Below the pieces are notes generated by a model. That model saw nothing but the letters and a program-made list of their open reading frames with translations. It ran no database searches and had not been told where the DNA came from. From NCBI RefSeq assembly GCF_009914755.1, contig NC_060925.1: a stretch of 64,000 nt of DNA. One strand, written 5' to 3'. The stretch comes from the human T2T-CHM13v2.0 reference genome, Homo sapiens. A program made the position numbers and the translations under genes. This document shows, in pieces, positions 36,594-60,200 of this stretch (position 1 is its first letter; each line of letters starts with the position of its first letter).

Positions 36594-37193
36594 TATATTA
36601 GTTAACTTTTGTTACTAACAAATTTCTCCAAACAAACAAACAAACAAAAAAGATGTTTGTGGTTTAAAGTAACAAACATTTTTTATGTCACAGTTTCTGT
36701 GAGTCAGGAATCTAGGTGCAGTTGAACTGGGAGCCTCTGGCTCAGGGTCTTTCCTGATGTTACAGTTAAGCTATCTGCCAGCGCTATGATGTCACCTGAA
36801 GGCTAGAATGGAAGATCTCCTTCAGGCTCACTCATGTGGTTGTTGGCAGGATCGCACTCCTCATAGACTATTGAACTCAGGGTCTCAGTTTCTCACTGTT
36901 GTCTAGAAACCTCCCCTAATCCCCTGCCCATAGGCCTTTCTAGAGTGCACCTCACAACATGGCATGTGGCTTCCATCGGAGTGAGCCAGTGAGAGAGGAT
37001 ACCCATGATGGAAGCCACAGTCTTTTTGTATTAATAACTAATCTCAGAAGTGACATCCCATCACTTTTGCTATATTCTGTTAGTTAGAAACTAGTCACTA
37101 GGTCCAGCCCATACTCAAGGTGAGAGGATTATACAAGGGCATGAATACCAGGAGACAACAGCCATTGGGGGATATCTTAGAAGGTGTCTAGCA
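36594..37193 (-). mobile_element. MLT1F-like ERVL-MaLR LTR
   Basis: cacagtttctgtgagtcaggaatctagg...gtcactaggtccagcccatactcaagg motifs. Confidence 0.75.
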
Positions 37194-37521
37194 GAGGGGC
37201 AAAAATGTTCAGTAGGCTCCAGTTTTATATATAGCATACCATACTGCCTTGGTGAGAGTCTTGAACTTCATCCTGACTGAGGACAGCCCTGAACCAATTC
37301 ATGGGGTCATGGGAATGCTGTGAGCTAACGAAATCATTCTGGCAAAGGATAAGGGGAAGAGCTAATGAAATCATTCTGGCTAGGGATGAAGGAAAGAGAA
37401 GGGCTTTTCCAGTTGACCTTGATCAGTTAAAACTTAGCCCTCAAGTTGAATACGAAGCTCAGTCTACTCCACCCAAACTGTTGTTGGGTAGAATATACAT
37501 GATGGGGAAGAAATTGAATGA

Positions 37522-37977
<456 letters not shown>

Positions 37978-39035
37978 TGACTGATAACTAGTTTTATTCC
38001 AAGACATACCTTTACCTCTTTAAGTTTCAATCTCCCATCTCCCAGTCCTTCAGTCCCCAACTGCAGAGGATGACCTCCCCAGATAGAGGAGAATCATTAC
38101 TCCAACAAGAATAACCAAGTCTTTGTATCCCTAGTACAAGACATAGTATTTTTATTCGAAAATGAATGTTTAAGTATTAAATTGAAACTTGAATGAATAT
38201 TCAAGAAAATATAATGATCTCTACTTTTTCTGGATGATTTCCAGCCATCATATCAGTTTGCCAAAAAAATTGAGAAAGTTATGATTTTGACCTCCCAACC
38301 TAAACTCTAAATTCTAAAGATCAGTAAACAATTAGGTCAATAAATACATACAATTTAAGATGAAGCCCTTTGGAAGTCTAGTCCAAAACAGGAAAATCTC
38401 AGAACTTTCTGGACTCAAGGAAATGCTTTAAATGGAATCTGTAGTTTGTTTGCAGGAGAGACAATTTCTAGAATTTAGATTGCTTTTCAAAATGTTTATC
38501 AGGTAGGCAAGTTAGCAGTTGAGGCGGAACACAGACAACTTGGGGAGCTTTACTGGAAGGCCAAGAAAATACTCTTGGACACTGGAGGAAATGACAGCTA
38601 CTAAAGCCCAATCATGGAAAAGGACCAGAAAGCAGCCCACTGGAATGGGGAGCTTAGTGGGCAAGGAGGTAGGGATATAATTTCTCTTCTTGGCTCCACC
38701 AGTAATTAGCTCTGTGGCCCAGTCACCTAAACTTTCTGGACTTCAGTTCAGGTTGTATGGCAGTAGGCCATAGAATTGGCTACTGCCATACAATCTCTAT
38801 GGGAAAGGACTGCAAAAACTAAATTTTATCTCTGTATGGGCAAAGGCTACTGTCATCCTGTTGTTGGTCTGGGGCCACTCTGACAATTTTTTTTAACCTC
38901 ATTTGATTGTGTAAGGGTCTAACCACAACAAAAAATCATAGTGTAATAGAATTAATCAAGTTCAGCAAGGTCACAGGCTAGATCAATATACAGAAAATCA
39001 ATTGTATTTTTCTGTTCAGAAAACTCCAAAAATGA

Positions 39036-39041
39036 AATAAA
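39036..39041 (+). terminator. Candidate poly(A) signal AATAAA inside an old L1M fragment
   Basis: gaAATAAAgaaaattgtgttcaca, just upstream of the Alu/L1 insertion. Confidence 0.45.
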
Positions 39042-40315
39042 GAAAATTGTGTTCACAATATCACCAAAGAGAATTAAATACTTAGGAATAAATTTAACAA
39101 AATAAGTGTAAGACTTGTATAACGAAAACTATAAAACATTCAAGAGGGCTGGGCATGGTGGCTCATGCCTTTAGTTCTAGCACTTTGGAGGCAGAGGCAG
39201 GAGGACTGCTTGAGCCCAGGAGTTCAAGACCAGCCTGGGCAACAAAGTGAGACCCTGTCTCCACAAAAAATAAAAATAAAAATAAATTGAAGATGGCCGA
39301 ATAGGAACAGCTCCAGTCTACAGCTCCCAGCAGGATGGACACAGAAGATGGGTGATTTCTGCATTTTCAACTAAAGTACCTGGTTCGTCTCACTGGGACT
39401 GGCTGGACAGTGGGTGTAGCCCACAGAGGGTTAGCCGAAGCAAGGTGGGGCATCGCCTCACCTGGGAAGCGCCAAGGGGTCGGGGGATTTCCCTTTCCTA
39501 GCCAAGGGAAGCCGTGAGTGACTATACCTGGAGGAGGGGTACACTCCTGCCCAAATACTGCTCTTTTCCCACAGTCTTCGCAACTGGCAGACCACGAAAT
39601 CCCCTCCCATGCCTGGTTCAGTGGGTCCCACGCCCACAGAGCCTTGCTCACTGCTAGCGCCAGCAGTCTGAAATCGACCTGGGACGTGGGAGCTTGGCGG
39701 GGTAGAGGTGTCCGCCATTGCTGAGGCTTGAGTAGGCGGTTCTATGCTCACAGTGTAAACAAAGCAGCAGGGAAGCTCAAACTGGGCAGAGCCCACCACA
39801 GCTCAGCAAGGCCTACTGTCTCTGTAGATTCCACCTCCAGGGGCAGGGCATATCTGAACAAAAGGCAGCAGACAGCTTCTCCAGACTTAAACGTCCCTGC
39901 CTGACAGCTCTGAAGAGAGCAGTGGTTCTCCCAGCACCGCGTTCAAGCTCCGATAATAGACAGACTGCCTCCTCAAGTGGGTCCCTGACCCCTGTGTAGC
40001 CTGACTGGGAGACATCTCCCAGTAGGCGCCGAAAGACACCTCAGAGAGGTAGATGCCCCACTGGAACGAAGCTTCCACAGTAAGGATCAGGCAGCAATAT
40101 TTGCTGTTCTGCAGCCTCCACTGGTGACACCCAGGCAAACAGGGTCTGGAGTGGACCTCCAGCAAACTCCAACAGACCTGCAGCTAAGGGGCCTGTCTAT
40201 TAGAAGGAAAACTAACAGAAAGGAATAGCATCAACATCAAAAAAAGGACATCTACACCAAAACCCCATCCATAGGACACCAACATCAGAGACCAAAGGTA
40301 GGTAAAACCACAAAG

Positions 40316-41340
40316 ATGGGGAGAAACCAGACCAGAAAGGCTGAAAATTCCAAAAACCAGAATGCCTCTTCTCCTCCAAAGGAACACAACTCCTTGCCAG
40401 CAAGGGAACAAAACTGGACAGAGAATGAGTTTGACAAGTTGACAGAAGTAGGCTTCAGAAGGTCGGTAATAACAAACTTCTCCAAGCTAAAGGAGCATGT
40501 TCTAATGCGTCGCAAGGAAGCTAAAAATCTTGAAAAAAGGTTAGACAAATGGCTAACTAGAATAACCAGTGTAGAGAAGAGCTTAAATGACCTGATGGAG
40601 CTGAAAACCACAGTACGGGAACTTCGTGAAGCATACACAAGCTTCAATAGCCAATTCGATCAAGTGGAAGAAAGGATATCAGTAACTGAAGATCAAATTA
40701 ATGAAATAAAGCGAGAGGACAAGATTAGAGAAAAAAGAGTGAAAAGAAATGAACAAAGCCTCCAAGAAATATGAGACTATGTGAAAAGACCAAATCTATG
40801 TTTGATTGGTGTACCTGAAAGTGATGGGGAGAACAGAACCAAGTTTGAAAACACTCTTCAGGATATTATCCAGGAGAGCTTCCCCAACCTAGCAAGGAAG
40901 GCCAACATTCAAATTCAGGAAATACAGAGAACACCACAAAGATACTCCTCAAGAAGAGCAACCCCAAGACACATAATTGTCAGATTCACCAAGGTTGAAA
41001 TGAAGGAAAAACTGTTAAGGGCAGCCAGAGAGAAAGGTCAGGTTACCCACAAAGGGAAGCCCATCAGATTAACAGCGGACCTCTGGGCAGAAACCCTACA
41101 AGCCAGAAGAGAATGGGGGCCAATATTCAACATTCTTAAAGAAAAGAATTTTCAACCCAGAATCTCATATCCAGCCAAACTAAGCTTCTTAAGTGAAGGA
41201 GAAATAAAATCCTTTACAGACAAGCAAATGCTGAGAGATTTTGTCACCACCAGGCCTGCCTTACAAGAGCTCCTGAAGTAAGCACTAAAATGGACAGGAA
41301 CAACCAGTACCAGCCACTGCAAAAACATGCCAAATGGTAA
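40316..41340 (+). pseudogene. L1 ORF1p, disrupted
   Basis: MGRNQTRKAENSKNQ... with stops at 40772 (TGG>TGA) and 41279, plus a frameshift near the end. Confidence 0.93.
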
Positions 41341-41403
41341 AGACCATCAACACTATGAAGAAACTGCATCAATTAATGGATGAAATAACCAGCTAGCATC
41401 ATA

Positions 41404-45158
<3,755 letters not shown>

Positions 45159-45385
45159 ACAATGAGAACACATGGACACAGGGAGGGTAACATCACACAC
45201 CAGGGCCTGTGGGGGGTGGGGGGCTAAGGGAGGGATAACATTAGGAGAAATACCTAATGTAGGTGACAGGTTGGTGGGTGCAGCAAACCACCATGGCATG
45301 TGTATACCTATGTAACAAAACTACATGTTCTGCACATGTAACCCAGAACTTAAAGTATAATAAAAAAAATAATTATTAAATTTTA

Positions 45386-45559
<174 letters not shown>

Positions 45560-46237
45560 TCAGAGAGATTAAAGAAGGTATCAAGAAATGTAGACACAAT
45601 CCATGTTCATGAATTGGAAGATCAAATGTTGTTAAGATAGCAGTTCTCCCCAAATTAATCTACAATGCAATCCCTATCAAAATCACAGCAGGCTTTTTTG
45701 AAAAATTGACAAGCCAATCTTAAAATCTGTATGAAAACATAAAGGATTCAGAATAGCCAAAATAATTCTGAAAATGAAGAAATAATTCTGATCCAGAACT
45801 TACTACAAAGCTACATTAATCAAGACAGTGTGGTACTGATATAAAGATAGGCATACAGATCAGTGGAACAGAGTCCAGGAATAAACCTTCACATTTATGA
45901 TCAATTAAGTTTTGACAAAAATCCCAATGAAATTATGGAGAAAAGATGGTCTTTTCAACAAATAGTGCTAGGATATTTGGATATCAAATGCAGAAGAAAT
46001 TAATTTAGATTCTTACCTCCTACCATATGCAAAAATAAACTCAAAATTGATCACACACCTACATGTAAGAGCTAAAACTATAAAACATGTAGAAGAAAAC
46101 ATGGGAGAAAACCTAGATGACCTTGGTTTAGGAAGAATTCTTAAGACACTAATAGCACAATTCATAAAAGAAAATATTAATAAATTGGACTTCATTAAAA
46201 TATAAAATTTTGTTTCAAAAAACTATTAAGAAAATTA

Positions 46238-46621
<384 letters not shown>

Positions 46622-47497
46622 CTATGTAAAGAATTCTTAAAACTCAAAAATAAGGCAGACAACTTAAAAATGGACAAAATGTTTGAATAGATATTTCAGC
46701 AAAGATATACAAATTGCTTAGCATATGAAGAGATGTGTACTATCACTAGTCATTAGGAAAATACAAGTTAAAAGCAAAATTAGATACCATTTTGGACCCA
46801 CTAAAATGACTATAATAAAAAAGACAGACAAAGATATGTGTTGGTGATGATGTGGAGAAACTGGAGCCCTAATGCATTGCTGGTGGGAATGTAAAATGGT
46901 GCAGCCACTTTGGAAAACAGTTTGGCAGTTTCTTAAAAAGATAAACATAAGTTTACCATATGATCCTGCTATTCCATGAGAAGAGAAGTGGAAATGTGTT
47001 CACATCAAGACTCGTAGGCAAATGTTCATAGCATTATCATTCATATTAGTCAAAAAGTGGAAACCAAATGACCATCAACTACTGGATTTTTTTTTTTTTT
47101 TTAAGAGATGAGGCCTCACTATGTTGCATACTCTGAAGTCAAACTCCTGGGCTCAAACAATCCTCCTGCCTCAGCCTCCTCAGTAACTGGGACTGCAGGC
47201 AGGCACCAACATACCCAGATTATTTCTTTTTCTTTTTTTTTTTAACTGGTGGATTTCTTTAAATGATATATGTATACAATGGAGTAGTGATATAGGCTAC
47301 AATATGGATGCATCTCAAAACATTATGCTTAGTGAAAGAAGTCTGATGCAATATCCCACATATGGTATGTTTCCATTTACAGTCCAGAAAAGGCATATAC
47401 TAAATTAGCAGTTGCATGGGTCTGATGTGAAAACATGGATTGCCTGCAGATGGGCACAAGGGATCTTTTGGGGGTGACAAAAATGTTCCAAAACTAA

Positions 47498-47860
<363 letters not shown>

Positions 47861-47992
47861 TGATTTATGCACTTAAAACAGGTAAAGTTTATGTGTATAA
47901 ATTATACCTTAATAAAGCTATTAAAAGTCAAAGATTATAACAGGGCCTCTCTCTCTCTGACCTAGTGACCTAGGGTAAAGAGAAAAAGAAGC

Positions 47993-48296
47993 TAGCCAGG
48001 CACAGGGGCTCACACCTGTAATCCCAGCACTTTGGGAAGCCAAGATGGGCTGATTGCTTGAGTCCAGGAGTTTGAGACCAACTTGGGCAACATAGCAAAA
48101 CCCTGTCTCCACCAAAAATAAAAAAAATTAGCCAGGCATGGCGGTGTATGCCTGGAGTCCCAGCTACTCAGGAGTCAGAGGTGGGAGGATCACTTGAGCC
48201 CAGGAGGCAGAGGTTGTAGGGAGCCAAGATTGCACCACTGCACTCCAGCCTGGGTGACAGAGCAAGACACTGTCTCAAAAATTAAAAATTAAAAAA
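47993..48296 (+). mobile_element. Alu (AluJ-like)
   Basis: Full Alu. Confidence 0.9.
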
Positions 48297-48539
48297 TGAG
48301 GGAAGCTGCTGTATCTCCACTTCTTCCCTCTCTGTGCCCAGAGATATCTCTTCAGTTATCTCACATGCCCTACAAGTCTAGAGACCTCAGGTGAGGAGCC
48401 AGTAGCTCAGTATAGAAACTAAGGATCCAAGTGGACAACTGCCACCAAGTCACCACAGGGCCAGCTGCTTTGGGAGGGTGCTGCATCTGCCTCCCATACA
48501 CTTCTGCCAAGTTTATGTTAGTTTGGGAGGACTGAAGCA

Positions 48540-49222
48540 GAATTCAGTTCAAAGTACTGTGCTGGATTTTGGTTTCTAAATATTTTCCAATAGAAAAGAA
48601 CCCAGGCTTCTTGAGAAAATAGCTAGGTTCTAAGGCTAGAGCCAAAAAAATGCAAGATAAGCCTGGAGCATCTTGTAGTACCAGAAACTAAGCAAGTGCT
48701 CAAAAACAAAAGGATAGAAGCATGTCAGACAGACACAGGAGCCAATCTGAAAGAGCTCCCTGGCCGGGCACGGTGGCTCACGCCTGTAATCCCAGCACTT
48801 TGGGAGACTGAGGTGGGAGGATGACTTGAGCCCAGGAGTTTGAGACCAGCCTGGGCAACATAGGGAGACCCCATCTCTACAAAAAAGTAAACAATTAGCC
48901 GGGCATGGTGGCACACGCCTATAGTCCCAGCTACTCAGGAGGGTGAAGATCACCTGAGACCAGGCGGTCAAGGCTTCAGTGAGCCATGATTGTGGCACTG
49001 CACTCCAGCCTAGGCAATAGAGTGAGACTGTCTCAAAAAATAAAATTTTAAAATAACTGAAGAGTATAACTGGATTGTTTGTAACACAAAGGATAAGTGC
49101 TTAAGATGATGGAAACCCTATTTATCCTGATGTGATTATTACACATTGCATGCCTGTACCAAAATATTTCATGTAACCCATAAATATATACATCTACTAT
49201 GTACCCACAAAAATTAAAAAAT
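48540..49222 (+). mobile_element. L1MC/MD-like 3' UTR fragment, Alu (48762-49042) and L1MA-like 3' end (about 49055-49222)
   Basis: Typical L1M 3' UTR sequences flanking an Alu. Confidence 0.72.
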
Positions 49223-51219
49223 GTTTACAGGAGTGAACCACCGCACCTGGCCAGTGGAGTCTTTTTAAGGTATTATTTAGCATCTTCTGCTTATAGTCAT
49301 GTCCAAAAACCAGTTGATCTTCCTACTCATTAGGGGACAAGATCAATTCTCTAAAAAATTAACCTAGCCCAAGGTAAGTGGTACTATTCTGAAATCTGAA
49401 AATCTTTAGTAGCCTCACATTATAAGCCCTTCGTAGAAAAAGAAAAGTAAGCATTTCTAGAAGCACATTTTTGTTGGACTGAGGGTGGGGCAAGGAGCAG
49501 GGGTGACTTTCATCTGAAATGTACCTAGGCAGGCCAGAGTCTGAGTTAGGACTGGCTCCTGGGACTTTGCCATCCAGGCCAAGAAGCATGCTCCAGTGTG
49601 CATGCACTCTCATCAAAGCCCTAGTCAGGAATCCCAGCCACTCCTCTCCTGTGCAGCACAAGCTGAAGGATAAGGTGTGGGGCAGTGACTGCGTGGGGCT
49701 GCCTGTGTGATTCCTGATAAAGAAATGCCTTCATGAAATGTATTGTTCCCCAATAAAGCTCATTTTCTGTGAGAATTCATGTGTCCTTTTCCAAATTAAA
49801 CTAGCAAAATATGAACTTTTGTAAAAGGTCCACACCCAGCCAGTTTTCTACTCTCTAAATGTTCAGGCCTTTGCCTGTCCTTCCCTCAGCAAAAATACTG
49901 TGTTTTGGAAAACATTACCAATAAAGGAGCTGGGAGGTGGAATTGGATCAAAATACCTTTAGATGAAAGCAGCAGCACAAGCCATTCCCTTTAAATGAGC
50001 TGGCCTCACCTCTGGGGCCTATGAAGAAAAGCCTGCTTCAAGGTGATAGTTTTCATTTTGCTTCCCAGCACCTCTGCAGTCATAACCAAAGTGAAGGACA
50101 ATATTGCATGACTTCAGAAGAAAGCCATCCAGCCACCTTGCAACATGTTCAGGAAATTCTGGACTCCCTTGGGGCTTGCAAAACTCCCTATGTCTTGCAG
50201 ACCAAAAGCAAGTTCTCAGTCACCTAGCTCTAGTTTGCATAATTAAAGAAAGTGGAAGCTGGTTCTTTTCTGGGTGACCCTTCACCCAACCAAGCTCATA
50301 AGGACTTGTGACAAAAATAAGAGCAATAAAATGAAGTTTTAACAGTGAAAACTTCTATCACTTAGATAAGCAGGAAAAGCCAGTCCCCTAGATGCCCATC
50401 TGACCCTACCTTACTGGGGTCATACAGCCAAAGCAGTGTCCACTTCAGGTACTGTAATGTTTTGAAGTTGACACATATAATTTAATGTAGTTTCATGTCA
50501 TAAGTTATAAGACTTTTCAGAGAAACAATTTAGTAATATCTTCTGTAATACCCATCTTCATTTTTTATATGAAAAAGCATAGCCTATGATCTGTCACCTT
50601 GCTCACTCCCACATCCTTACCTCTTATCCTTCTCACATCGTCCCATTAACACATTATCCATCTTTGGGGGGAAAAAATACACTAAATTTTAGACAGAGTC
50701 ACTTTCACTATGGCCACAATGGGAGAAAAGACAGTCCACCTTCAAAGTCAACCAGAATGACTCTTAACCTCTCTTGTCTGGGTTGGGCATCCAGATAAGA
50801 TTTTCTTCGTACAAAGAGTCTTGCTACTAGGAAAAAGAGTTTGAAAATCACTAGTCTAACTAAATATCTCACTTTAAAAAAAGCACAAACTAAGACTCAA
50901 TGAGGTTTATCTTCCACAAGATCAGCCAGTTTTAGCAGAGCAGTTGCTAAAACCCAGGTCTCAAACTCCTTGTCTATGGCTCATCTAACTAAGCAACAAA
51001 AAGCCCAATGAGCTCTGGAGAGAGAGAGGGAGCTAAAACAGGACTCAATCAAAACCCACTTGGGATTAGGGAAGCCACCCTCTGTGAGTGAGTTAAACTG
51101 AGATTCCCTCCCCTTCACCCTGGCTTCCTTTGCAGAACAAGGGTCACCGCCAGAGGGAAAGCTGAGTTTACGGAGGGGATCCTGGTTGGAGTCAGAGTAT
51201 ACCTTGGTTTGGTTTTGTG

Positions 51220-51520
51220 GGGTTTTTTGAGACAGGGTCTCACTGTCACCCAGGCTGGAGCACAGTGACAGTCATAGCTCACTATAGCCTCAGACTCCTG
51301 GCCTCAAGCGATCCTCCCACCTCAACCTCCAGAGTATCTGGGACTATAGGCACGTACCACCATACCCAGCTAATATTTTTTTTAATTTTATATTTTTTAG
51401 AGACAGGGTGTCACTATGTTACCCAGGTCTCAATCACTATGTTACTCCTTGCCTCAAGCAATCCTCTCACCTTGGCCTCCCAAAGTGCTGAGCTTACAGG
51501 TGTCAACCACTGTGGCCAGC
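51220..51520 (-). mobile_element. Alu (AluJ-like)
   Basis: Reverse-complement Alu. Confidence 0.87.
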
Positions 51521-51713
51521 CACGCATTGGTTTTAAGGTCCAGAATTTTTCTGTTTGGAGCCTTCACAATTAGTTTTAGGTTGGGAGACCGTGAACCCAC
51601 CAAGCAGCCCTTTAGAGGCTGGAAAAAGAGTTTGGAAAAAGAACTCTGTGGCTTTAGGAATTTCTCTCGGAAATCCTCTAGGGCAGAGAAGGAAAATTTA
51701 CCAAATGGGAGAG

Positions 51714-52091
51714 TGTATTAGTCTATTCTTACATTGCTATAAGGAAATACCCCAGACTGGGTAATTTATAAAGGAAAGAGTTTTAATTGACTCACAGTTC
51801 CACATGGCTGGGAAAGCCTCAGGAAACTTACAATCATAGCAGAAGGCAAAGGGGAAGAAAGGCACCTTCTTCACAGGGCGGCAGGAAGGAGAAGTGCAGA
51901 GCAAAGTGGGGCAAAGCCTCTATAAAGCCATCAGATCTCATGAGAACTCACTATCATGAGAACAGCAGGGGAGAACCACCCCCATGATCCAATCACCTTC
52001 CACGAGGTCCCTCCCCCAACACGTGGGGATCACAATTTGGATTACAATTCAAGATGAGATTTGGGTGAGGACACAGAGCCGGACCATATCA
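51714..52091 (-). mobile_element. Solo MaLR LTR (THE1D/MSTA-like), 378 bp
   Basis: TG...CA ends (tgtattagtc...accatatca) and perfect 5-bp TSD gagag. Confidence 0.9.
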
Positions 52092-52319
52092 GAGAGAAAG
52101 CTATTACTGAAGACCTTTCTAACTCACTTCTGTAAAGATCAATTCAATAAAAGCAGCAAACACACATACTTTGCTTTCCTTGTGATTAATGCCTTGACTT
52201 TTTTGTGGAAAGTAACACCCCAAGAAAGCCAGCTACTCATGTTGGCAATAAAGGTAAAAGTATCTATGGAATAAGGACCATTTTTAGGACAATACTTTCC
52301 CTACTACTTAGTTCTAGTC

Positions 52320-54938
<2,619 letters not shown>

Positions 54939-55360
54939 TTAATGAGACCCCAGTGCAGATTTCTGGAGCACTTCTGCATAACACCCCCTTATCTGAATTT
55001 TTTCCCAACTTTCAGCTGCCTCAGCCTCCCTGAACTACTCCAATATCACTGTCTCTCTCTCTGCCTCTCTCTCTTCAACTCAGTGAGAGGATTGTGCTCT
55101 GCTTAGGATTTCTCTCCTTGCTCCATGGTCTAGAATGTGCCTCCAAATAGAAACCTAGGTGATAATAAAGCTCACTTCATTTGTTTCTCCTTTCTCAAGA
55201 ATCACAATCCTGTGCTACCTCTAATTCAGTATCAGAAAACAGCTGTTTCATACATCTTGTCCAGTTTCTTCCTGTTTACATTGACAGGATAAATATTGTC
55301 CCTAATACTTCATCATAGATTAAAGCCAAAGGTCATTTATGCTTTTTAAAAAAGTATTTA

Positions 55361-56459
<1,099 letters not shown>

Positions 56460-57119
56460 TCAGTTCCACATCCAGTTGTTTTCTTTACTTACTTTCAACA
56501 GGATCTTTTGATAAAAGAACTATGCCAGGTTTGTTCTGCCTTCTCTCCAAGCCCTATGCTTGTCATTAGTTTAACTTAAGCTGACTATTCAAGCATCCTT
56601 ACAGTAGTATGACTTGTATATGTTTTTGCTCTAAGTACAACTTTAAGTAATACCTCTGTAATTTTGGTCTCTGCTCTACCTTTATTAACAAAATCCATAT
56701 CCTACACATACTCTGGAAAATGTCCATTGATTTACCAGAGAAGTAACCATATTTTTTTTTAACTTTGATGGCCTTTGCCACTATCGGACAAAGCATCACA
56801 AGAAACAATATCCTTAGGGATCATTCACAACCCAATAAAGTCCAATTTTCAGATATTCAGCACTGTATTTCCTATTTGAACTCTTCTTTTTCAGCTACTG
56901 TGCCAAATCAGCACTCCTGCTGATTATATTCTCCTAGCTCATAAAGATTCATGGTGTGTATTCATAGTGTAACCCTATTAAGTATTTACACTTACAACAT
57001 TATTCTCTATTGCACTATTGACAATATTATTCTTCATCATTAATTTTACTCTTTGATGAACTACTTTTGAATCATGAGAAATAATGCAACACAATAGTAA
57101 CAACAAAAATGTAGATTTT

Positions 57120-57729
<610 letters not shown>

Positions 57730-57904
57730 TAGATTTTTATGACTAAGATTTTAACACTCATAATGTGAAACATATTCAAAATAAACTATAACTGATAACT
57801 GAAATTGGCTATGATGAACTAGCCAAAATAGTCCTTGCAGTAAACGTCATGAAACAATTATTAATAAAATAATAAAATTTCTATGATAGTTGTAATCTTT
57901 TTCT

Positions 57905-58668
<764 letters not shown>

Positions 58669-58935
58669 TGAGAAACCGTATTCCAGGATAGGCATTCGTA
58701 TCTCTAATCAGTCGTAGTAATTACTGATTTTCAGGGCTCCACACATTGAAGGCATTTAATAACCATTTAATAAATGATTAGTCAATATTTATTGGTTTTG
58801 TTCATAAGCACTATTCTAAACTCTGAGGATATAGCAGTGAAAAGACATTGTTTCTATCCGGAGGTGCTTCCTCTCTAGTGGTGAAAAGCACACAATACAA
58901 GGAAATACAAGTTAAAAAATATTAGTGATATAAAG

Positions 58936-59641
58936 TTCTACAGTTGAATGTCCCCTCGAAAACTCATGCTGAGGCCCAGTGCAGTGGCTTACACCTGTAA
59001 TCCCAGCACTTTGAGAGGCCAAGGTGGGTGGATCACTTGAGCTCAGGCGTTCGAGACCAGCCTGGCCACCATGGTGAAACCCCCGTCTCTACTAAAAATA
59101 CAAAATTAGCTGGGCATGATGGCACACGCCTGTAGTCCCAGCTACTCAGGAGGCTGAGGCAGGAGAATCACTTGAACCTAGGAGGTGGAGGTTGTAGTGA
59201 GCCAAGATTGAGCCACTGCACTCCCGTCTGAGTGACAGAGCAAGACTGTGTCAAAAAACACACACACACACACACACACACAAAAAAAACAAAAACAAAA
59301 ACAAGCAAAACCAAAACTCATGTTGAAACTTATGACAGTATTAAGAGGTGAGACCTTTAAGAAATGATGACAATATGAGGGCTCTGCCCTCATGAATGGA
59401 TTAATGCCATTATCACAGAAGAAGTTATCATGGGAGCTTGGCCCCCTTTTTCTCTCTGTCTCAAACACTGGTTTGCCCTTCCACCTTCCACCATGGAATA
59501 ATATAGCACGAAGGCCCTCATCAGATGCCAGCACCTTGATACTGGATTTCCCAGCCTCCAGAATGGTGAGAAATAAATTTCTTTTTTTATAAATCATAGT
59601 CTGCGGTATTCTGTTATAGCAACACAAAACAGACTAAGACA
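58936..59641 (+). mobile_element. MST/MLT1A-type MaLR LTR split by an Alu (58973-59255) with a (CA)n tail
   Basis: ttgaatgtcccctcgaaaactcatg...aacagactaagaca; Alu TSD aaactcatgytga. Confidence 0.8.
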
Positions 59642-59649
59642 TAAAAGGA

Positions 59650-60200
59650 AATAGTATAATGATATAAGTTGTGACTTCAAGAGGGCAAGAGCTACTTCAG
59701 ATGGGTGCTCAAGGAAAACCTTCTGATGAGGTGACATTTGAGAGCAGAGAGCAAAGTGATGAGGAGTAGGCAAACACTGAGGAGCTGAGACCATTTTAGG
59801 TAGAAGGTCAGTACATGCAAAAGCCCTAAGGCAATAGTAATGGTTTGGCCTTTTGGAAGAACTGAAAGAAGGCTGAGGTACCTGAAGCAGAATGAGCAAA
59901 AGGAATGATGGAATGAGAAGAGGCTGGGAATACAGCCAAGTGCTAGATTAGCAGAGACTTGTGGGCTGTGGTGAGGACTCTGGGAAGCTACTAGAAGACT
60001 GTAAGCAGGGGAGTGACCGGAGCTAATTTACCTTCATAAAAGACCACTGGATAGTGCATGGAGTATGCAGGGGTTGGAGACAGGCAAAGTGAGGGTAGAG
60101 AGACCAGCTACAAGGGTTTTTAATAATCCAAGCAAGAGGTGTCTAGGGTGGAAGCAGTGAAGATGGAGAGAAGTGGATAGATTTTGGAAGTATTTTTTCA
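59650..60200. mobile_element. L2-like fragment
   Basis: gaggtgacatttgagagcaga...gagaagtggatagattt L2-type motifs. Confidence 0.6.

Noticed and set aside
49226-49252. 27-nt orphan Alu 5' end after the L1MA tail
   Set aside because: Likely a scar of an old deletion; no sign of function
51145-51162. CTCF-like motif ccgccagaggga (also weak ones at about 12812 and 37188)
   Set aside because: Mismatch in the conserved GGC end; cannot be supported without ChIP data
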